From: Candidatus Sericytochromatia bacterium | Lineage (GTDB): Bacteria > Cyanobacteriota > Sericytochromatia > S15B-MN24 > JAQBPE01 | NCBI GenBank assembly: GCA_035285125.1 | Contig: JAYKHR010000128.1 | Location: 1-10,776 of the forward strand | DNA length: 10,776 nucleotides | Reading direction: 5' to 3' | Part shown: positions 6,353 through 10,776 of the stretch, piece by piece | Position numbering within the stretch: position 1 is the stretch's first letter | Layout of the letters: the number at the start of each line of letters is the position of its first letter | The notes under the pieces: model-generated | What the model saw: the letters and a program-made list of their open reading frames with translations, nothing else | What the model was told of the DNA's origin: nothing | Database searches by the model: none | Translations under genes and position numbers: made by a program

Positions 6353-9046
6353 TCAGGGCCCCAGCTGCGCGCGCGGCACCTGCTTGACCTGGTTGTGGCC
6401 GGCATCCGCGATGTGCAGGTTCCCTGCCGCGTCGAAGGCCAGGGCCCGGGGCGAGTGCAGGCTGGCGTCCACGCCGCGGCCGTTGAAGACCCGCCCGCCC
6501 TCGCCGGCCAGGGTGGTGATGATGCCGGAGGCGGCATCCACGCGCCGCACCCGGTGGTTGGAGGCGTCTGCGATGTAGAGGTGGCCCGCCTCGTCCAGCG
6601 CCAGGCTGGTTGGGAAGTTCAAGCCGGCTGCCGTGGCCGGGCCGCCGTCGCCCGCGAAGGTGCCGCCTGCGGCAGGGGTGCCGGCGACGGCCGTGACCGT
6701 CCCGGCTGCGGTCCGCCGGTAGACGACGCCATCCAGCACGTCGCAGTAGTACAGCGAGCCGTCGGGGCGTGGCAGCAGCCCGAGGTAGGCGCCCACGGCC
6801 TTGCGCGGCACGAGTTCGGTGACTGCGCCGTCGGCGACCCGCACGACCCGACCGGCCATCGGCATGATCGGGGAGTCTGAGACGATCAGGCCGCCAGCGG
6901 CATCGCGAGCGACCTGCAGGGGCTCAAGGCCGTCGGGCAGGGCGATGGCCTCGAGCCCCCCCGCGGCGCTGACCTCAAGCGCGCGGAAGCTCGCACTCAG
7001 CAGCAGCCCGCCGTCGGCCGTGGGCTGGATCGCGGTGCAGATGCCGAGGGCCACCTCCAGGGCAGAGGTCGTGGGGGCGCCCCCCTCTGCCTCGCCCGGC
7101 TGGACCCCGTTGCCAGCGACCCGGTGGTACAGGCCGTCAGCCTCCCGCCGCCACACGATGCCGTTGAGGCCGTCGGCCACCAGCAGCTGGTCCCGGGCGT
7201 CGAAGGCCAGGGCCGTCGGGTGGTTGAGCAGCAGCTGGTCGCCACGCAGGCCCTGGCCCGGCTCCCACTGGATCCCGGCCACCCGCTCGAAGCTGCCCGT
7301 GGCCAGGGTGTAGCGCCAGACTTGCCCGGGGATGTCCGAGGCGACCCACACGGCCTCCGCGTTGGCCGTGAGGCCGTTGGGGGTGGGCACGGCAGACAGG
7401 TCGAGCAGCTGGCGCCAGGCCCCGTCCTTGAAGCCGTGCAAGGCGCTCCCACCGTGGGCGTACAGCACGCCGCCCGGGGCGGCCGCCAGGTGGTGGGGGC
7501 TGCGAAACGGGCGGGGGGGGATGTCCGGGGCCGCCACCAGCGCATCGCCCTCGACGCGGGCGAACCCCTCGCGGCCGAAGCTGGCGACCACCTGCCCACC
7601 GGGACCGGGAGCCGAGGCCAGCTTCTCCGGCGTTCGGAGCTGGCCCGCCAGCGGGAGGGGCGTCAGGCTGCCATCGGCCTCGAGGCGGTAGGCCCCCTCC
7701 GAGCACGCGAAGATGCACCTGCCCTGGGCGTCCACGGCGATGGCATGCGGCTCGGTGATGGGGGCCTCTGGCCCGGGCGTGCCCTTCGCGATGGCCGCTC
7801 CCCCCTGCACGGGGGGGCTGAACAGGGCGTTGGCCACCACCGGGCGGCTGCCAGCCACGGTCGTGATGAGGCCGCTGCGCGCGTCGATGCGCCGGATGCG
7901 GTGGTGCTGCTGGTCGCAGAAGAAGAGGTTGCCCGCGGCATCCGCCGCCAGGGCGCTCGGCGCGTGGAGGGTCGCCTCCAACGCGGGCCCGCCGTCGCCG
8001 AGGTCGGCCCCGTCGCGGGCCGTCGCCCCTCCCTCCGGGCCCTCGCCGGCAAAGGTCCGGATGGTGCCGTCGGGGGCGATGCGGCGGATGCGGCTGGCCC
8101 ACTCCTCGGCCACGTACAGGCTGCCGTCCGGCAGGGCCAGCAGGCGGTGGGGGGCGGACAGGGGCACCTGCAGGGCGGGCAGGCCCTCCCCCAAGTTGCT
8201 GAGGCCCGCCACCAGCAGGCGCTCCACGTAGCGCAGCTGGGCATCAAGGCGGTCGTTGCCGGCGCGCAGGGCGTCGACCTGTTGCAGCACCGCCTCCGTG
8301 GTGAGGCTGGCCGGCCGGGCGTCGCCCGGCAGGGCCGCGGCAACCTTGTCGCGCGTCTCTGCCGCCACGTCGCCCGGCAGCCGGTCGAGCGTCTGCTGGG
8401 GGTCTGCCTGCGGGGCCACGAACTTCCCCAGGATGTACGCCGTCGTCAGCGTGCTGAAGAGATCGGCCTCCACCACCTGGCTGCGCGCGTCGCGGGGCGC
8501 CACCGCCTGGATGGCGCCGGCCCCGCCGGCGAGTGGCGCCACGACGATCAGGTTGCGGGCCGGCAGCACGGCGTCGAACCGGAAGGCGCCCGCGGCGTCG
8601 GTCTGCGTGGCGAGGGGCTTCCCGGCGGCATCCAGCACCGGCGCGCCCGTCGCGTCTCGCAGCTCGACGCGCGCGTTCGGGAGGGGCTGCTGCACGATGG
8701 CACCCCCTTGCAAGAGGCGGAAGCGCCCCGCGGGGGTCACCAGCGAGCCGCCCTGATCGGACACCAGCGAGCCGCCCTGGTCCGACACCAGCGTGGCGGG
8801 GACCCGCAGCCTGCCGACCAGGGCAAAGCTGCCAAGAGCGATCGCGCCAGCGCTCAAGGCACCCCCGTTGTTGGACAACACCCCCGCCCCGGTCGCGCCC
8901 GGCGACGAAGGGCCTGTCGCGGTGCTGTCTCGTTTCGCCGCGGGGGCGGGGGCTTTGGGACGGGCTGCCAGGGGCGCTGAGCCCACCTGGCAGCCAACCA
9001 GGGCCGCCAGCACCCCGGCTGTGGTCGTCAGCAGCCACCCGCGCAT
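6353..9046 (-). CDS. Large lipoprotein (897 aa) with NHL-repeat beta-propellers
   Basis: MRGWLLTTTAGVLAALVG-C lipobox (Cys19). Multiple NHL repeats such as LHAPSALAADAAGNLFFCDQQHHRIRRID, LNFPTSLALDEAGHLYIADASNHRVRRVD and LHSPRALAFDAAGNLHIADAGHNQVKQV, plus GDGGPA motifs. The N-terminal region has SNNGG/SDQGGSLV repeats and a TQTDAAGAFRF beta-sandwich-like segment. ATG 9046 is preferred over GTG 9070. Confidence 0.9.
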   Translation of the reverse strand: MRGWLLTTTAGVLAALVGCQVGSAPLAARPKAPAPAAKRDSTATGPSSPGATGAGVLSNNGGALSAGAIALGSFALVGRLRVPATLVSDQGGSLVSDQGGSLVTPAGRFRLLQGGAIVQQPLPNARVELRDATGAPVLDAAGKPLATQTDAAGAFRFDAVLPARNLIVVAPLAGGAGAIQAVAPRDARSQVVEADLFSTLTTAYILGKFVAPQADPQQTLDRLPGDVAAETRDKVAAALPGDARPASLTTEAVLQQVDALRAGNDRLDAQLRYVERLLVAGLSNLGEGLPALQVPLSAPHRLLALPDGSLYVAEEWASRIRRIAPDGTIRTFAGEGPEGGATARDGADLGDGGPALEATLHAPSALAADAAGNLFFCDQQHHRIRRIDARSGLITTVAGSRPVVANALFSPPVQGGAAIAKGTPGPEAPITEPHAIAVDAQGRCIFACSEGAYRLEADGSLTPLPLAGQLRTPEKLASAPGPGGQVVASFGREGFARVEGDALVAAPDIPPRPFRSPHHLAAAPGGVLYAHGGSALHGFKDGAWRQLLDLSAVPTPNGLTANAEAVWVASDIPGQVWRYTLATGSFERVAGIQWEPGQGLRGDQLLLNHPTALAFDARDQLLVADGLNGIVWRREADGLYHRVAGNGVQPGEAEGGAPTTSALEVALGICTAIQPTADGGLLLSASFRALEVSAAGGLEAIALPDGLEPLQVARDAAGGLIVSDSPIMPMAGRVVRVADGAVTELVPRKAVGAYLGLLPRPDGSLYYCDVLDGVVYRRTAAGTVTAVAGTPAAGGTFAGDGGPATAAGLNFPTSLALDEAGHLYIADASNHRVRRVDAASGIITTLAGEGGRVFNGRGVDASLHSPRALAFDAAGNLHIADAGHNQVKQVPRAQLGP
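8738..8793. repeat. 24-bp coding tandem repeat (2.3 copies) encoding LVSDQGGS
   Basis: CACCAGCGAGCCGCCCTGATCGGA / CACCAGCGAGCCGCCCTGGTCCGA / CACCAGCG. The two differences between the full copies are synonymous. Confidence 0.9.
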
Positions 9047-9147
9047 GGAACCCACCCCCCCCGACGCCACATGCCCGCTGGTACCGCGCCTGTAATGGCC
9101 CCGCCCGCTGAAGCGTAGGTCGTCGGTAGGACAAGTCTTGGGGGTGG

Positions 9148-9166
9148 CTTAACCTTTCCTTTAGCT
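9148..9166 (+). promoter_or_regulatory. Candidate OmpR/PhoB-family tandem binding site (Pho-box-like) in a divergent promoter region
   Basis: CTTAACCT-TTC-CTTTAGCT: two 8-mers at 11-bp spacing. The first matches the cyanobacterial SphR Pho-box unit PyTTAAPyPy(T/A). It is an AT-rich patch in very GC-rich DNA. Confidence 0.35.
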
Positions 9167-9248
9167 GGGCTCGCGGTGGACCTGACAACTCCACGGGCTG
9201 GAGCCTCTACAAGACCTCTGGACTCTTTTGCTGTATGGAGACTTCAAG

Positions 9249-9794
9249 ATGGCTAACAAACGCGGGGCATACGACTTGCGGGCCGCTTCGGGGAGCGTGG
9301 TGGTTGGCCTCGCCGGGGTGCTCGCGGCCACGATGCTGGTGGGCTGTGGGGCTGTGCCCGGGGCCCTGACCAACCAGGCCTCGGGGAAGCCGAGGGCGGT
9401 GCGCGTGGCCTCCGACGACACGAACCTCAGCCGGACGGATGGCGGCAAGACCGAGGTTGGCAACCAGTTTCGGGTGCGCGTCTACAGGGACAGCGCGGAC
9501 GACACGAAGGTGAGGCTGGACGTGACCTACGAGGATCGCGCCACCTACTTTACCCGGCTCGGGCCGGCCCTCGAGCTCGGCGCCTGGGCCGAGGTCATCC
9601 TGGCCAGCGGCCGCAAGCAGGAGTTCCCTAAGCTCGTGCTTCAGCGGGTTTTCGGGGGCACCACGATGCACAAGGGCAGCTTCCACGTGGCGGGCGTCAG
9701 CCCGTCCGACGAGGTGCGCTCGGTGGCCCTGGCGTTCCACTACGGCGGGTTGTGGGACTCCAACGACGGCAAGAACTACGTCGTGAAGTTCTGA
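9249..9794 (+). CDS. Lipoprotein (181 aa) with a C-terminal beta-sandwich ending in a WDSNDGKNY motif (CBM21/CBM25-like or DUF6209-like)
   Basis: GGAG 8 nt before ATG 9249. Lipobox LVGC (Cys33). Beta-rich mature region ending LAFHYGGLWDSNDGKNYVVKF. Confidence 0.8.
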   Translation: MANKRGAYDLRAASGSVVVGLAGVLAATMLVGCGAVPGALTNQASGKPRAVRVASDDTNLSRTDGGKTEVGNQFRVRVYRDSADDTKVRLDVTYEDRATYFTRLGPALELGAWAEVILASGRKQEFPKLVLQRVFGGTTMHKGSFHVAGVSPSDEVRSVALAFHYGGLWDSNDGKNYVVKF

Positions 9795-9886
9795 CGGCGT
9801 CGGGCGTCGCGCCCGGGGTTGCCCCAGGGCCCCTTGTGCTGGAAGCCCAGCCTTGGAGCACCCCAGGCGCACGTCGGAGGACGCCC

Positions 9887-10360
9887 ATGAGCCAGCTGGA
9901 TGCCTTTCAGGCCGACCTCGAAGCCTGCTGCGGGATCGCGCGGGCCGCGCGGCTGTTGCCCGGCTACGACGGACACCCCGATGACGCCCTGCAGGCCCAG
10001 CTCGCGGAGGTCATCGCAGCGTTGGGCCTGGCTGCCGCGGACGGCCCCGAGGCCGAGCGGCAGCTGAGCCAGGCCCGCTGGCGCCTCCGGCGGCGGCTGA
10101 TCGGGGTGGCGAGTGCGCTGGAGGCGATCGCCACGGCCCAGCTCGGGCAGCTCCACGACGCCCACGCGACCTGGTGGGATGAGCCACGGGTTATCGTGTT
10201 GCCGGGCGGGGAGGTGGCGTTCGAGCCGTCCTTCGCGCGGGGCCCGGAAGCCTCCTTCGCCGCGATGGGGGCCGGCACGGCTTACGCCGTGTGGGCCGGC
10301 TTTGACGCCCACGAGACCGCGCGGCGGGCGGGCAAGCCGCCGGCGGCTCCTCAGCCTTAG
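9887..10360 (+). CDS. Hypothetical protein, 157 aa
   Basis: GGAGG (9876-9880) 6 nt before ATG 9887, GC-rich third positions, MSQLDAFQADLEACCGIARAARLL... No recognisable family. Confidence 0.7.
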   Translation: MSQLDAFQADLEACCGIARAARLLPGYDGHPDDALQAQLAEVIAALGLAAADGPEAERQLSQARWRLRRRLIGVASALEAIATAQLGQLHDAHATWWDEPRVIVLPGGEVAFEPSFARGPEASFAAMGAGTAYAVWAGFDAHETARRAGKPPAAPQP

Positions 10361-10575
10361 CCTTTCGGGGCGACGCCTCCGCGCGCGTCACGGGGCCTTC
10401 GCCCCCGGGGTGGCGCCGGCCGCCGCGCGCCGCGTGGGAGACGTCCCAGAGGGGGAGCTCCCGCGCAGGACCGCGCTGGCCCTCGTTCAACGCGCCACCT
10501 CACGGCAATTCAATACCTCGAGGCCTGGAGCGCGCCGCCCTGGCCGTTCCCCCTGAACACCCGGGCCGCCCCACC

Positions 10576-10776
10576 TCAGGCCACCCGCGTCCCCCGGGTG
10601 AACGCCGTGAGGTTGGCGAGGCACAGCCCCCGGTGCTCGGGGTGGTGCAGCCAGACCCACCACAGGGCGTCGGCCAGCGTGATCTGGTGGACGTTGCGGG
10701 GGCCCTCGAGGAAGAAGGTCCGGACCCGCTCGCCGAGGGCTGCCTCGTCGACCTCGCCCGCCTCGGGCTCCAGCCG
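10576..10776 (-). CDS. 3' end of a hypothetical protein entering from the right edge
   Basis: Manual translation: ...RLEPEAGEVDEAALGERVRTFFLEGPRNVHQITLADALWWVWLHHPEHRGLCLANLTAFTRGTRVA*, TGA at 10578-10576, strong GC3 bias. Confidence 0.75.
   Translation of the reverse strand, partial: RLEPEAGEVDEAALGERVRTFFLEGPRNVHQITLADALWWVWLHHPEHRGLCLANLTAFTRGTRVA

Noticed and set aside
7513..7520. 8-nt G/C homopolymers (also 6330-6337 and 9055-9062) as phase-variation tracts
   Set aside because: Runs of 8 are unremarkable at this GC content and the NHL frame is intact. Read-level length variation would be needed.
8738..8793. CRISPR-like repeat
   Set aside because: Head-to-tail 24-bp coding repeats with no spacers and no cas genes.
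7124..8980. 618-aa plus-strand ORF and other overlapping Arg/Pro/Gly-rich ORFs
   Set aside because: Antisense or off-frame shadows of the NHL lipoprotein with low-complexity, GC-driven composition.
10407..10503. tRNA-like element suggested by GTTCAA and terminal pairing
   Set aside because: No T-stem pairing around GTTCAAC, no D-arm consensus and no proper anticodon arm.

Overview
High-GC bacterial DNA with two parts. The left part (about 400-5300) looks like a small, partly decayed defence/conflict island. It holds an intact Upf1/DNA2-like SF1B helicase with an unassigned C-terminal domain and two topoisomerase-type C4 zinc ribbons (634-3162, -). Next is a broken Rpn-like/DUF4351 gene (3518-4244, +) whose internal, SD-led 85-aa C-terminal ORF is still intact. 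A Fic-like C-terminal relic (4249-4401, -) and an intact MntA-HepT type VII toxin-antitoxin pair (4398-5224, -) follow. The right part is a run of three predicted lipoproteins: one with an internal 54-aa repeat, a 897-aa NHL-repeat protein with SDQGGSLV repeats, and one with a WDSNDGKNY CBM-like motif. It also has a second DUF4351 relic, a hypothetical gene, and a truncated CDS at each window edge. I recall the SNNGG/SDQGGSL repeat lipoprotein style from Ca. Sericytochromatia-like non-photosynthetic cyanobacterial relatives, but this is unverified. No rRNA, tRNA, CRISPR array, integrase or transposase was seen. All family assignments come from reading motifs by eye, not from database searches.
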